Shown piece after piece: positions 12,180-26,132 of a stretch of DNA of 64,000 nt. The stretch spans positions 13,988,651-14,052,650 of the forward strand of contig CM120647.1 in the NCBI GenBank assembly GCA_051362555.1. The letters run 5' to 3'. The first letter of the stretch is position 1; each line of letters starts with the position of its first letter. The DNA is from Lingula anatina (lineage: Eukaryota; Animalia; Brachiopoda). The notes under the pieces were generated by a model, which was not told the origin of the DNA, made no database searches, and saw only the letters and a list, made by a program, of their open reading frames with translations. The translations under genes and the position numbers were made by a program.

Positions 12180-13190
12180 ATCACTCATTTAATGTTCACT
12201 TGCTCATGTACATTCTGACGATCCATGGGGAATCACACCCTTCAATCTAAGTTTTTAAAAACCTACTTCTTAATTAGACGACATTACCTCTAAAGACTTT
12301 ACACATTACGGACTACAAACAAAGGCATAACATAAAGTTATGAAAGTGCTTGTAAATTGTTAATTGTGCGTGTGAGTTTGTGTGTGCGCGCGCGTACCTG
12401 AACATGTGAGTGAGAGAGACATGATCGATGGGTTGATCTTCTCCCAAAATGGCTATATACTTTATTATTACAAAATGGTTTACTATATGTATTTCTCTAG
12501 TTCTGTAAAGGTTACAAGTCTTCATAACTATTAAGCAACTGTGAGAAGTTAATTAAAGCCCAAGTAGCCGTAATGAGCAGGAGAATGGCTTATCAAAAAC
12601 TGGAAAAAACAGCATTGTATGCTGTGTACAACACAAGAGAAATACATATAACAAACCACTTTAACGTAACATATATCTGGATTTACACAATATGGGTTTC
12701 GTTTCTTTGCAACTTGATACGCTGTATACAGAAAAAAAGTATTTCTTTATGTAGTTCCTATAAGTAAACCTACATACCAGTAATATAAAACGTGCATTGT
12801 GGTAGAATTTTTTGGCAATCCATGCGCAACATACCAGTGTCCTTTCTTACAGTATAAAGCCGATTGCTTTTGTAAATGCTCACTCCCTCTTTCTCAATCT
12901 AGTAAAAGGAATGTTGAAAGTGCAGCGTTGGTCTTCTTCACACACATTTTATTCATTCTTTTCTTTTCTGTGCCCGTGCCAAGGTCTGGGAGAAGCTCAT
13001 TATTTATTGTTATTTTGTCTGCCTTTACAGATAGCTTACGTTCCAGACATACCACAAACAATGTATAGATCACAAGGTTTAGCCCCTCTTTTATCTTACA
13101 TGCATACCTGAATACACACTTCTCCATGCACATACCCACAATCCAAACATTTTCAACAATATCAAAATATAGAGGTCTCTCTTGTGATGC
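12180..13190 (-). pseudogene. Copy of an unidentified decayed ORF family (local array)
   Basis: Minus-strand remnants ELLPDLGTGTEKKRMNKMCVKKTNAALSTFLLLD*ERGSEHLQKQSALYCKKGHWYVAHG, RFTYRNY, IKLQRNE and KLRLKGVIPHG. Homologous to the other array copies. Confidence 0.55.
12500..12622 (+). pseudogene. ~120-bp copy of the 5' end of the first GIMAP gene (394-516)
   Basis: Near-identical to 394-516 including ATGAGCAGGAGAATGGCT. One A is missing in the A-run, causing a frameshift. Absent from the paralogous site at ~17580. Confidence 0.92.
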
Positions 13191-13615
13191 CTCATTGTCT
13201 GTACTGACAAAAAAATTATATATATATTCTATCTTGTTCCAGTGTTACACGTGACTGTGGGCGTGTCTGGACCTCGTGGTGTTCGTGATTTCCAATGTAT
13301 GGCAGGGCCTCTCGCACGAAAACGCAGTAGATTCTCCAGCGCAATAGACTACTGCAATCATACTGCAAGCATGCTTCAAATCTGCTTCGATTTGGGAGCT
13401 AATTAGCATATTTGAAACATGCTTCTATCATGCAGCTAATTATGATCTACTGCATTAATGCTCCTCTCTGTACAAACCTATGTACTTTTTGGAGTAGAAT
13501 TGCAGTAGGCTATACTGCATTTCTACTGCAAATATGCTCCACACCACTACTGCGTTAATGCTTCTTTGCTACTTCGATACTACTGCATTTTGTTATATTT
13601 TCTATTCCAAGTCTT

Positions 13616-14048
13616 GTGCCAGGCTTTTTTTTTTATCCCAGGCAGTCGAAAAGGGCAAATCTGGTCACTGAGGATCTAATAGTTATATATCAATCAATAA
13701 TTAGATCAGTCCTAGAATATGCATGTCCTGTGTGGCGGCCTGTTCTTACAGCCGAACAATGCGAATGCTTAGAATCTGTTCAAAGGAGAGCTTTTAGAAT
13801 TATTTACCCATTTTATACTAACAAGGATGCCCTACAGGCTAGTAATCTCACCTCTCTCAGAGAGAGAAGAGACGTTTTATTTAAGAACAATTTTACAAAA
13901 AATCAAGAATTTTAATAAGTTCCACCATCTGTTTAAAGAAAAGAATCCAAGAAATTTCAGGGTTAGCAACAAATTTTTCATACAAAGAGTGAAAACGGAG
14001 CGTTTTAAATCATCCTTTATAATGGACAGTCTTTTACATTTCATGTAA
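13616..14048 (+). pseudogene. Duplicate of the CR1/L2-like ORF2 3' fragment
   Basis: Same motif, here with SLRERR intact, and a frameshift near 13900. Confidence 0.85.
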
Positions 14049-14358
14049 AATACTGCTCCAAATTGTCTTATAAGTCTTGTTTTAAAGCTTTGGTATTTTA
14101 GTTTATAATTCTTAGTAACTTTTAGACATCCGTATGATTTTTTTATTGATAAATTGTAAAACTTCAACCTTTGGGTTGCTATTCTAGCAAATGGAATTTT
14201 CATTATTATTATTATTATGTCGAATGTAAGTATGGTATTGAAAGATATAGAGTTTTGGTCTTTTGGTGTATAATTTTAGTTATTTCAAGATACCCGTGTG
14301 ATTTTATTTATGATAAATTGTAAAACTTCAACCTTCGGGTTGCTATTTTTGCAAATAA

Positions 14359-14411
<53 letters not shown>

Positions 14412-17259
14412 GTCGAATGTAAGTATGGTATTGAAAGATATATTTGAGACCTTATTAGTTTTTAAAAATGTATCCTAATGAATCGACTTTATCAGGAAAC
14501 AATTATTTACCCAAGCTGGTATTCTCTCTAGGTACTTTAAGTCCCTTTATTTCCAACTAAAAGTTCACGCATTCCACATTAATAGGCATGAGATCGTAAT
14601 GCAGTTAACCACCTTTTTAATCTCATATGTACAAAGTTAGACTCCAAAAGCAGGATAATTGTGACATTCATATAACATTCACATTACATTGTAGCATCAT
14701 CTTACAGGAGATTAATTGGTGATGTGGTGAAATATAAATAAATTATTAAATGTAAAATGCCCAATATATTTTTGGTTAATGAAGCAATTTTGTTTATAGA
14801 TGCCTATCTTCTTTATACCTTTTTAATAACTCCTGTGACTTATTTCATTTCCTTATTCGTGTTTGTTATTAATTACTTTGTGTCAGTGTTTGTCGCGTTA
14901 CTCCTCTTTGCGTACACATCGTGTTTTGAACATTTTTCACATCAGACTAGAATATGAAATTCAAAACAAATAGCATCCGTCATTTGCATATTCCTAGATG
15001 CGAAATTGCCGTCGATCTGTAGCTACAAATAAAGCACACCCCTCTCCAACCGCTACTTTCATGCAGAAAAAAAATCCCCTTACTATTGATTAGATAGAAA
15101 ATGTATATTTTTGCCTTAACTTTCCTGTTGTGATTTCTAAACTTCTTTGTGCTGAAAGTTCAAACTTGGTTGTTTCGATAAAAAAACGCTCCAAGGTGGG
15201 TTTTCTGTATCAAGTATTAGTTTCTATCCTTTTTCCTGGGAAACCTGCGTTCCACGTAAAGAGTCAGAATGAAGTCAGAATGCAGTTTATTCTGAACCTC
15301 TTATCAACAGGTTTAGGCTCAGGAGGAAGGGCATTTCATCAACGTGTTACGCGGTGCATTACTTAGCAGATACAAATGGTGTGTTCCCATAAACTAGCTT
15401 CAACTGAAATTTCAATATTACAGAAGAAACGTGACGTTAATATCTTCGTGAAAAATTGCAATAGACAGAGATGTAGGTTTTCGTTATCTGTGCAATAAGG
15501 TCATCATCTGGTGCCTTGAGAAAGGTATCTTAATGATAAATGAATCGAAGTGTCTCGCCTCTGGGCCGAGGCAGACACGGCAATAGGATGGGGATAGGGT
15601 AAATTTGAGCTGGTTGCAGGAAGCGCTTTCCAGTCAACACATAACCTTTGTCGGCTGCAAAACTTGGGCGATTAAAAAAATAAATAAATAAAAACTATTA
15701 TCCAACATAGATGTTTTTTTTTCGTATACATCGTTTACATAAGAATTGGACCGTTTACATTGAGTGTATGCATGGCTTGGGAGTCAGAGGTCGAAAAGTA
15801 CCTCCAATCATTAAACCATTTAATTTCTGCAAAGTCATACCTACCTCTAACAGTAATATTATTTTCAGAATACATCAAAATTAGTCAACAGTCATGACAT
15901 CTGGGATTATGGTGAATCAAACATTACGTTTCGTATAATCTTAAATTTTCCATTTAAGGATAATCAAAAGGAAACACGCATATAATGTATTTTTACTATA
16001 TTTATGATCATAGACACTTGAGATTTCTGTTGTAATGCTGAAATTTCAATCTACATATTCATTTGGTTATATTTCAATCTTGAAATTTGGCCTCTAATTT
16101 GACCAGATCCGATGTAAATCTGGTCGTATTTCAATCTCGCTACGACATGTTAATTTGATTTCTGAACCAGACAAGCAAGGCGGCTAGCGTGTGACTTCGC
16201 ACGTGAAGTGAAATTATTACAGCCGGCTGGTTGAGAACAGAACGTCAATGTAGAGGAGGTTGTTGTTGTTTTTTTTTTTACTCGATTTCAATTCATTAGC
16301 GATGTAAAAATAAACTCTGCAAGGTCTGCTGAATAAGTACTGATGTTTTCCTCTTCGTTTCACATGCTTTTATTGTTAAAAGAACCAGTTTACATTCCAT
16401 TCCATCTCTTCCAAGAACTGGCGTTGTCATTAGTTCTAAATATAACTCTCTCGCTTGGAGACGAACGTACTTGTGATTTACAGAAAAGGGATATTTAATG
16501 TTGTTACAGAGCATTGTTTCACGGTTATACTTAAAAAAAAAAGAATAATGAATCATAATTAACAGAAGGAAGTATTTAAAAAAAACGCACTGTTACGGGA
16601 ATTTTCTTCTCTGTGTTTCTCTCTCTCTCTCTTTCTCTTCGTTTAACAATACCTACTTTTACTTTGAATACCTGCATGATGACAATCCAAACATTTTCAA
16701 CAATATCGAAATATAGAGGTCTCTCTTGTGATCATAAACATGGGATTAATGGGAACTCTTTATCAACGACATATCTGTGCATGGGATTGGAATTGTATTC
16801 TGATTCACAACTTTATACACCTTGGAAAATATGGGTAAATTTTCAAAAAATAAATAATAACAACTAAATAAGTGGCTATTCTGAAAGTTTCTTGTCCGGC
16901 ATTTTCCTTGAATTTCGAATTAACCTTGAAGTAAGAATTAGTTTCCACAGGGAATCTAATGATTATAAGAGGGGTCATTACTGAAGTTTGGGATTGGCCA
17001 TGCTTGTACCATGTAACTTTTAGTTAAGCAAAATATATTCTTTTGAAGTGACAACATGGCGTCGTTTCATTATTTCCTGGTGTACAGGGTTTTAAACATA
17101 GAACGTGGGAATCTTTGTAGCAGTATGAGAGATCGCGTTATCTAAATATTTGTCCCCCCCCCCCCCGGATTATATCATAAAAGGTTATTTAATGTAATTT
17201 GGGGTCGGGGTGGTTATAAAAAGGTTCCACACAAGTAACGTGAAGGTCTCTCACACAGT

Positions 17260-18140
17260 ATCACTCATTTAATGTTCACTTGCTCATGTACATTCTGACG
17301 ATCCATAGGGAATCACACCCTTCAATCTAAGTTTTTAAAAACCTACTTCTTAATTAGACGACATTACCTCTAAAGACTTTACACATTACGGACTACAAAC
17401 AAAGGCATAACATAAAGTTATGAAAGTGCTTGTAAATTGTTAATTGTGCGTGTGAGTTTGTGTGTGCGCGCGCGTACCTGAACATGTGAGTGAGAGAGAC
17501 ATGATCGATGGGTTGACCTTCTCCCAAAATGGCTATATACTTTATTATTACAAAATGGTTTACTATATGTATTTCTCTAGTGTACAACCCAAGAGAAATA
17601 CATATAATAAACCACTTTAACGTATGATATATCTGGATTTACACAATTTTAGGGGTTTCGTCTCTTTGCAACTAGATACACTGTATACAGAAAAAAGTAT
17701 TTCTTTATGTAGTTCCTATAAGTAAACCTACATACCAGTAATATAAAACGTGCATTGTGGTAGAATTTTTTGGCAATCCATGCGCAACATACCAGTGTCC
17801 TTTCTTACAGTATAAAGCCGATTGCTTTTGTAAATGCTCACTCCCTCTTTCTCAATCTAATAAAAGGAATGTTGAAAGTGCAGCGTTGGTCTTCTTCACA
17901 CACATTTTATTCATTCTTTTCTTTTCTGTGCCCGTGCCTAGGTCTGGGAGAAGCTCATTATTTATTGTTATTTTTGTCTGCCTTTACAGACAGCTTACAT
18001 TCCAGACATACCACAAACAATGTATAGATCACAAGGTTTAGCCCCTCTTTTATCTTACATGGATACCTGATTACACACTTCTCCATGCACATATCCACAA
18101 TCCAAACATTTTCAACAATATCAAAATAAAGAGGTCTCTC
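17260..18140 (-). pseudogene. Copy of the decayed ORF family (in duplication copy B)
   Basis: Near-identical to 12180-13190 apart from the GIMAP-derived insert. Confidence 0.55.
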
Positions 18141-19273
18141 TCTCCTATCTCTCCTCTCCGGGGTTGCATTCCGTTTACATTAGTCAGCGAAATGGAGATT
18201 CGCCCGATTTTTATGTCCATCCCTTTATATTACTACAAGGAAAAGACCAATGATGAATAGCATGCTTTAGTGAGCGCAATATAATAATTTCTCCGTAAAA
18301 TGGCTGACGTACCGGTTTGCCTCTCTGGCATAGTGGGGGTTACGCAGTGCAACAACATAAATCAACAGTAACTTCAGGTAATCTGACGGGAGTTCGAATC
18401 CTTATAAAACAGACGTTGCATTGTTTAAATTTTGTGTAATTTGTATGACTTTGTCATTTTTGCTGGTCATCTTATATATAATTACGAACTACAAACAATA
18501 TACCCGGTATATTATAAAAACGTGTTTCATATAGTCTGACCAATGTATATACACCGTTTGCCTGAGGTTATTTTATGTTGCTGTTGTTGCGGTGTGAACG
18601 TATGTGTATTTCTTTCTCAATTCCCACTCATATTTCTTTTGATTGAATTGTGATTGAAGATGAAAAAAATACATCATTAGTAAATTTATCAAACAGGTGC
18701 TAACCATAAGAACAAAAACCCTTTAACAAAATTTAAGGATAACCGACATTAAAGGCGGCAAGCAAGAAGCTCCCTTGTTAGGGCCATATGTAATAAAAAT
18801 AGATTTCCAAATTGGGAACATACATCCTCTAGATTGAGGGTGAATGCATCCTTAAATGTGCCGTCAACGGGTCAAATTTGATAATTTATTTCACAAATTA
18901 ATAGATAGGCCTATTAAAATGAAAATTAATTTATTGAATCTTTTCATGTATTTTTCTTCATTATGATATTTTTATTCAGTTCATCTATATCAAAATAATT
19001 CAAGGTAATGACACAGGTTATTTTAATACAAAGAAAGTATCATTAATTATATGTAACTTTCATTTAAGTGGGACAGAAAAAGTCAGAGCGGACATATATT
19101 CCTAGTATTAATCAGAAAAACAGGACCCACCCGGACTTGCATTCCTTAGTAACTGTTGTCCCAAGGACGTTAAATCCTAGTCCTAGGGCATCCATTCTCA
19201 GAAACACTAGACCTAGGACTTGCATTCCTAGGACTAAGTGTCCGGTCGGACTTGCGTTACTATTATCATATTA

Positions 19274-20280
19274 TTATTCCTTCACACACGTTATATATTG
19301 CTGCGGTGCCTAGAATCATTCGCGTTTTCAAGTACTTAAGATGTAGCAGTTAAGGTTCCCACCATAGCCCTCCACACACTTAAATTTTCAACTTTTAAAT
19401 ATGTGAAGCATCCTTCAAGTGAAAATTTGCCGCAAGTCTTTTTTTTCTATCAGAAGTACCGAGTGACTCAATCTTTTATCAACTTTTCAGTTTTGTTATA
19501 TGGTATAAAGACTAACAACAAACACTTGCCGCCATGTTTAATTACATATATTATATAAAATATACTATAAAATGACGAAATTTGCATGCGCAAAGGCAAT
19601 TGCGACAATATTTACTTATCGCAAAATGAAAATAAATATTTCGGTAAGTCATCATTTTGTCAAAAAATATCTTAGGGCGCATTCCCATAGATTTTAGATC
19701 ACATGGATCAATCTCCGTTTGGGAACCCAGTCTAATATTGCATTTTACCACTAAAACGGCTGTTATTGTAGTAAAACTAAAATCTGTGCTTGTCAGTTGG
19801 GCTTTTTATGTTCACCAACGAGTTCAAAGGTGAAAAGAGCAATAGGTCCATCGATATTGTATACGATTTCATTCTTTGTTTGAACAATAAAATGAACCCT
19901 TTATTCTTGGATTGCAGAAGTATTATTTATTATCAATATATTTGTGTTTCGTGAACAATTCCAATATTTTTCTTAACCGTACCAAAAGCACCACAGCTTT
20001 TTCGGGGCCCCTAATCCAACGCCAAGAGGGCTATGGCTGGATTCGAATCCGAGGCCTGTCGTTCCGCCCCCCCTCCCCCCTTCAAATAAATCTGGATCCA
20101 CCCCTATTGATCCTAATTGGTTGCTGAAAGTGCAGTTGCTTTTTTATCAGCACAAATGACCGCTTGGTGCATCCTCCATTTTGTTTGCGGTGAGATCAAA
20201 GTCACTTAATTTCTAACGGCTGTTGCGGCTATGTCTTACCATAAAATGTTAAATAAATGACTCATTTGAACTGAACATTA
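19274..20280 (+). repeat. Older duplicated block paralogous to 37374-37930
   Basis: Shared GCCTAGAATCATTCGCG, GCAGTTAAGG(T/C)TCCCACCAT, TTGGTTGCTGAAAGTGC and AGATCAAAGTCACT. Both copies precede an array unit. Confidence 0.8.
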
Positions 20281-21060
20281 GTTAAAGTATCACGGAAGAG
20301 GTTGCAGGCTTTAATTAACACCGTTACTCAAACTCTTTAACGCGATAAAAGAAAAAAGAAAACAAACTTTACTAGCACGTGCTTGTTGTTTCCGGTTAAA
20401 ACACATTCTGCAACGTATCAGTCGAAAGGAAGGATCATTTTCTGCATGAATATATGGCCAAATATGAGACAATGTGGGACGACGTACGAAGTTTTTGTTA
20501 CAATGTACTGATATCGTTAGAGCGCTAATATAATGTACTTTATAAATATATTTTCATACTAACCATAGGACAGGTAATCTTTTATCACAAATCCCCCTCC
20601 AAAGATTACATGAATATCAACAATAAATACTATTTATTTATGTAATCTTAATACAGACGGGCTTCTTGTCCGACTTCATAACGTGAACATATATGATAAA
20701 AATTAAATTGATTTCCAAGTAGACTCGTGCGTGTGCGTATGTGCGTGCGTATGTGTGTGTGTGTGCGCGTACATGTGAACGAGAGAGACATGGTCGTTTT
20801 CATTGAAAATTCAAAAATAAAAGAATTATCAGAGAAATTAAACCAATCGATAAAAGAGAAAATTGACGTGAAACAGTTTGAAATTTCCCAAAACGTGGCT
20901 ATATATTTTATCATCAATACAAGAGTCCTGTATATACATACATATAGTAATTTATTACAACGCATGACATACTTTGCTATGCATTAAAGATTTCATCTCT
21001 TTGCAGCTTGTTATAATGAAAGAAAAGATTTTCCTTCTTAGATATAGTTTCTATAAAAAT

Positions 21061-21303
21061 GGGTTCCTATATTTAGCTCGAGCCATCTGGATCGACCTGA
21101 CTTCCTGGGGGTGCAGGCTAAATTGCTATCAGCTCAAGAGGCTTAAATATCTGTCACGCCTGCCGAATCAGCTAGGGGTAAAGATAATTACCCCTAGCAG
21201 CTTTACTAAGCGTGACATACGTTTTAAGTCGGTTAAGCTGACAACAATTTACTGACAGTCCCCAGGGAGATAGATCGATCCAAATATAAGTGGGAATGGT
21301 CCC
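21061..21303. mobile_element. Palindromic MITE at a TAA site (PIF/Harbinger-like)
   Basis: Interrupts tttctaTAAgtatacc, which is intact in sibling copies (e.g. ~22914-22929). TAA is present on both sides and the central hairpin is TAGGGGTAA...TTACCCCTA. Confidence 0.6.
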
Positions 21304-21986
21304 TAAGTATACCTACATGATACAGGTTCACTTGCCACAGGTACATTGTAGTAGAGGTGTTGGGAATTCATGCGCAACATACCAGTGTCCTTTGTTACAG
21401 TATAGGGCCGTCTTCTTTTGTGAATCTTCTCTCTCTTTCTCGCAAATCAATAAAATGGAACGTTGGAGGCGCTGCGCTGGCATTCACACAAAGCTTTTCC
21501 ATTATTTTGTGTTGTGCGTCAGTGTCTGGGTCTGGGAGAAGCTATTGTTTCTCTTTTTTTTCATGTCATTTTTTGTCTGTTTTTACAGACAGGTTCCAAT
21601 AAAACATACCACAAATAATATGTACAGGTAGAAGATGAGGTTTAGCCCCTGTTTAACTCATTAACCACGCCTTAGACCCCTATGTCTGGGACACAACATG
21701 TTCATAACCTTTGGCAACCTTTGGGAAATTGTTTTCACGATTATGTTGTTCATGATATTTCACTTCTGTGAAACATTCTTTCAATGTACTATCTAAAGGA
21801 AAACTGATTCTTAGTCCGATTCGATTAAACGAGGGGTTAAATGTTTAAATAAATGGTCATTTTCTCTTCATCTTCACTAGAATAGGTGCCGTCTTTCTCG
21901 CCATCTGTCATCAAAGCGGGTGAATTTAGACACATCTGGCAATCTACTCTTTAAAATGATTTAAAAAACCCTGGGTGAAAGGGTTG

Positions 21987-22044
<58 letters not shown>

Positions 22045-23754
22045 TTTGTAAGGTATCTGATGTGTTGAAAGCCAAGTATACTGAGATTTTTAAAAATACA
22101 AGAAAACAGGTGAAAAAAATATATTCAGAGTCAATTAAAATTTGATACGTTTTCATTGAAAATTCAAAAAAAAAAAAAAAGAATTATCAGAGAAATTAAA
22201 CCAATCGATAAAAGAGAAAATGGACGTGAAACAGTTTGAATCTGTTACCTCGAAATTCGAGCAGTTGACACAACCAGTTAAAGGATACATTTTAAATACC
22301 ATTAATATATTCTTACATTAAATAACTTACTCTAACATTAAAAAAATGCTCCGAGTTCTTTTTTAATCAGTTGGTCTGAATTAATGTTTAGCAAAATTGC
22401 AATGACAGCAGACAAGGTCTAGACATAACGCGAATGTAATCTTTTGTAACAAGTCTGCCTCCAAAGATTAAATAAATATCCACACTAAATACTATTTACT
22501 TATATAATTTATATTCAGACATTGCTTCTTGACCAACTCCATCACATGAAAACGTATGATAAAAAGTGAATTCATTTCCAAAGAGACTAGTGTGTGTGTG
22601 TCTGTGTGTATTCTCGTTCTTTTGTGTGTTTCTGTGTGTATAAAAGAAAATTTTCAAACAGGCACAAAATATGGACACCGTTGTAAAAATTATGGGGGGA
22701 CAAAGCGTTTATACTACTTTCCAGATTCGTGCTAAAATCTTAAAACATATATCCGTCTGAGGGTATCCAACGCAGACAATAATAGCCAGTTTCACTCATT
22801 TAAGGTTCACTTGCTCATTCAACGTATGATATATCTGGTGACACATGATACAGATTTCATTTCTTTGCAGCTTGTTATACAGAAAAAAAAAAACATTTCC
22901 TTCTTTGGCATAGTTTCTATAAGTATACCTTCATGATACAACAGGTGCATTGTAATAGAATTGCTTGGGAATTCATGCGCAACATACCAGTGTCCTTTGT
23001 TACGGTATAGGGTCGTCTTCAGTTGTGACTCTTCTCTCCCTCTCTCGCAATTCAATAAGATGGAATGTTGGAGGCGCTGCGTTGGCATTCTTCACACAAA
23101 GCTTTTCCATTATTTTGTGTTGCGCGTCAGTGTCTGGGTCTGGGAGAAGCTCACGTTTCTCCTTTCTTTTATGTTTTCTTTTGTCTGTTTTTACAGACAG
23201 GTTACATACCAACAAAACATACCACAAATAATATAGAGAACACGAGGTTTAACCCTTCTTTTATCCCTCTTAGATTCACTAACCACACCTTAGTTCCCTA
23301 AGTCTCGGACACACCGTGTTCATAACCTTTGGCAACCTTTTAGCAGCCACAAAACATGACTGCCGCTTTCGAGCAGCAACCAGCAACCTGTTGCACACCG
23401 ATTGCAACCACTTTTTATATTTACACGAAAACTTCTCATCTCTTCTAAAAACTATTGATTTTATTAGTCACTAGTGTGTGTGTGTGTGTCTGTGTGTGCG
23501 TTTGTGTGTTTCTGTGTGTATGAAACTTATCCAGGACCGAGCAAATCTAATAGAGCATAAAAAATTCAAACAGGCCCAAAATGCGGACACCGTTGTAAAA
23601 TTTTGGGTGGACAAAGCGTTAATACTACTTTCCAGATTCGTGCTAAAATCTTTTAACATACATCCGTATGAATATGTCCAACGCAGACAACAATAGCCAG
23701 TTTCACCCATTTAATGTTCACTTGCTCATTCAACGTACAATATATCTTGTTTAA

Positions 23755-24776
23755 CCCTCAAGTGACTGTGTGGGGTCATTTACGACCCCAGCCATATGGT
23801 TTAATGTGCCATCTCTTTATTTTTTATCCGACTTATCTATCCTAGTATGAGTTCGTCAGTCTATTTATCCTGTACACTTCCACGGTTTTAGCAGGGATCA
23901 AACAATTAGTGTGGCGTATACATCACAGACTCTTGTGGGGTCATTTATGATCCTGAAGAGAAAAGTTGGTTTTTAAACATTGTTTTTTAAATTTCATTCA
24001 ATTGTTCCAATTCTTATCAGTACTTTATATTGTATTGCAATGAACGATGTGCTTCATGCAACCAGCCAGTGTGACCAGAACATAGCCACAAACAAGTGGT
24101 TTGGGAAGATTGTGCTTGAAATGTTACTAATAGTGCATCGCTGAATCTAGTTTCAGTACCTTTGTTGGAACTCGTTTTCATAACTGGGTCTCTCATTTTG
24201 ACTGTTACAATTTTCAGGTATTTCAGTAATCTAAAGAATTTTGTCGATATCATATAACACATATACCCAAAAGATGCTTGTGTAGTTTTTGTTTTATACA
24301 CAGGTGTGGTAGTAAATGGGTTGATTGAATGTGTTCTGAGTAGGATGACTTCTTAACCAGTATCATCGTATTCCCTAGTCATCAAGTCAGCTTATTATTT
24401 TTATTGATGTTAGCAGGATGCTAGCTCAACATAAGTTTAATTGTTTTTCTCAAATAAATTTTCTATGATGTACATTTTCATTTAGTGTGGCAAAAAAAGA
24501 GAAACATTTTTGCAAGTTGGAACTGACAAGGACTGTCTAAATAATACTGTTATGTTGTTCTTAAAATCTGTGTTTGGTTGTTTCTTGCAAAAAGTATAAT
24601 TACCAATTATTACAGTAGAGCAATATAAAATATCTATCTTAAATGCTGGGAGTAGTATAGGTGTGACAAGCCCCCAACCTGCATTTTATAATAAGAATCC
24701 CTGAACAATGCACAATGGGGTCAAAGATGACCCCATTTGGTCATTTCAGTCAGTAAATAGCTTGGTCGCTTGAGGG
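23755..24776. mobile_element. Non-autonomous piggyBac-like element
   Basis: TTAA|CCCTCAAGTGAC ... GTCGCTTGAGGG|TTTA with subterminal TGGGGTC...GACCCCA palindromes. Absent in sibling array copies. Confidence 0.8.
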
Positions 24777-26090
24777 TTTATACATGATGTATGTATTGTA
24801 GATTAAATCTCTTTGCAGCTTGTTATACAGAAAAAAAAAAACGATTTCCTTCTTTGGCATAGTTTCTATAAGTATACCTTCATGATACAACAGGTACATT
24901 GTAATAGAATTGCTTGGGAATTCATGCGCAACATACCAGTGTCCTTTGTTACGGTATAGGGTCGTCTTCAGTTGTGACTCTTCTCTCCCTCTCTCGCAAT
25001 TCAATAAGATGGAATGTTGGAGGCGCTGCGTTGGCATTCTTCACACAAAGCTTTTCCATTATTTTGTGTTGCGCGTCAGTGTCTGGGTCTGGGGGAAAGC
25101 TCACGTTTCTCCTTTCTTTTATGTTTTCTTTTGTCTGTTTTTACAGACAGGTTACATACCAACAAAACATACCACAAATAATATAGAGAACACGAGGTTT
25201 AGCCCTTCTTTTATCCCTCTTAGATTCACTAACCACACCTTAGTTCCCTAAGTCTCGGACACACCGTGTTCATAACCTTTGGCAACCTTTTAGCAGCCGC
25301 AGTACATGACTGCCGCTTTCGAGCAGCAACCAGCAACCGATTGCAACCACTTTTTATATTTACACGAAAACTTTTCATCTTTTCTAAAAACTATTGATGT
25401 TATTAGTCATAGATATTCAGCTTGGAAACGAACATACTTGTGGTATACAGGATGGGGACATTTAACGCTGTTACAGTCCTTTGTATTCTGGTGTTAATTC
25501 TAAAATAAATAATCTTACTTAACAGTAGAAGGTTTATAAAACGGGTCTGGGAAAAAGCATTGTTGCTTCTCTCTCTCTATCTTTCTCCGTTTCACAATTC
25601 TTAGTTTCAATTTGGATACCTGCATGAAGGCCCCCACTTTTTCAGGAAAAGCTAAAATAAATATAGATATCTCACTAGTAACAAAAATAATAATAAACAT
25701 GTACTTTATAGATGGTTCTCTTTATCGTTATCTTTATCATGTATCCTTTCTGTGGCTACCTCCATTTTAATATCGATGTTCTTTTACTTTATATGCACAG
25801 GGTTGGTTTTCTACCCAGGTTGTGGTAAGATTGTTGTCACGATTATGTTGTTTATGATATTACACTTCTGTGAAGCATTCTTTCAATCTGCTAACTAAAG
25901 GGAAACTGATTCTTAGTCCATTTTAATAAAACGAGGGGTTAAATGTTTAAGCCAATGGTCATTTACTCGATGCATCTTCACTGGAATAACTGCCGTCTTT
26001 CTCGCCATCTGTCATCTAGGCGGGAGGATTTAGACAGATCTGGCAATCTACTCTTAAAATAATTAAAACAAATCTAAGGTGAAAGGGTTA

Positions 26091-26132
<42 letters not shown>

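Larger units (their letters stand above)
1395..13188 (+). repeat. Tandem segmental duplication, copy A (~4.9 kb core expanded by two TE insertions)
   Basis: 1395-2406, 3919-6428 and 11713-13188 align colinearly and almost identically with 13208-18140. The main differences are the HINE dimer, the CACTA element and the 12500-12622 insert. Confidence 0.95.
13208..18140 (+). repeat. Tandem segmental duplication, copy B (retains the empty insertion sites)
   Basis: Same sequence as copy A. Uninterrupted (TTA)n at ~14202-14218 and uninterrupted ctgtgCATgggatt at ~16775-16788. Confidence 0.95.

Noticed and set aside
12186-12230. SFNVHLLMY resembles the CACTA transposase motif NVHxLxH
   Set aside because: The following GPL/FPFE residues are absent and the frame is not conserved in the 42.4-kb copy.
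19065-19260. Cluster of CCTAGGAC/GGACTTGCATTCC short repeats with an 81-aa ORF
   Set aside because: Looks like a fragment of a repeat-rich MITE. No termini, TSD or coding signal could be defined.
21330-21385. VHCSRGVGNSCAT in ORF 21290-21631 resembles the protein tyrosine phosphatase signature VHCSAGVGRS
   Set aside because: It lacks the catalytic Arg and exists only because this copy has a 1-nt deletion. Sibling copies break the frame between VHC and GNS.
22440-22510. IVF-VDI--IFG in the fossil ORF resembles a STAND NTPase Walker B
   Set aside because: No Walker A (GxxGxGK[ST]) remnant is found upstream in any copy, so no family assignment is justified.
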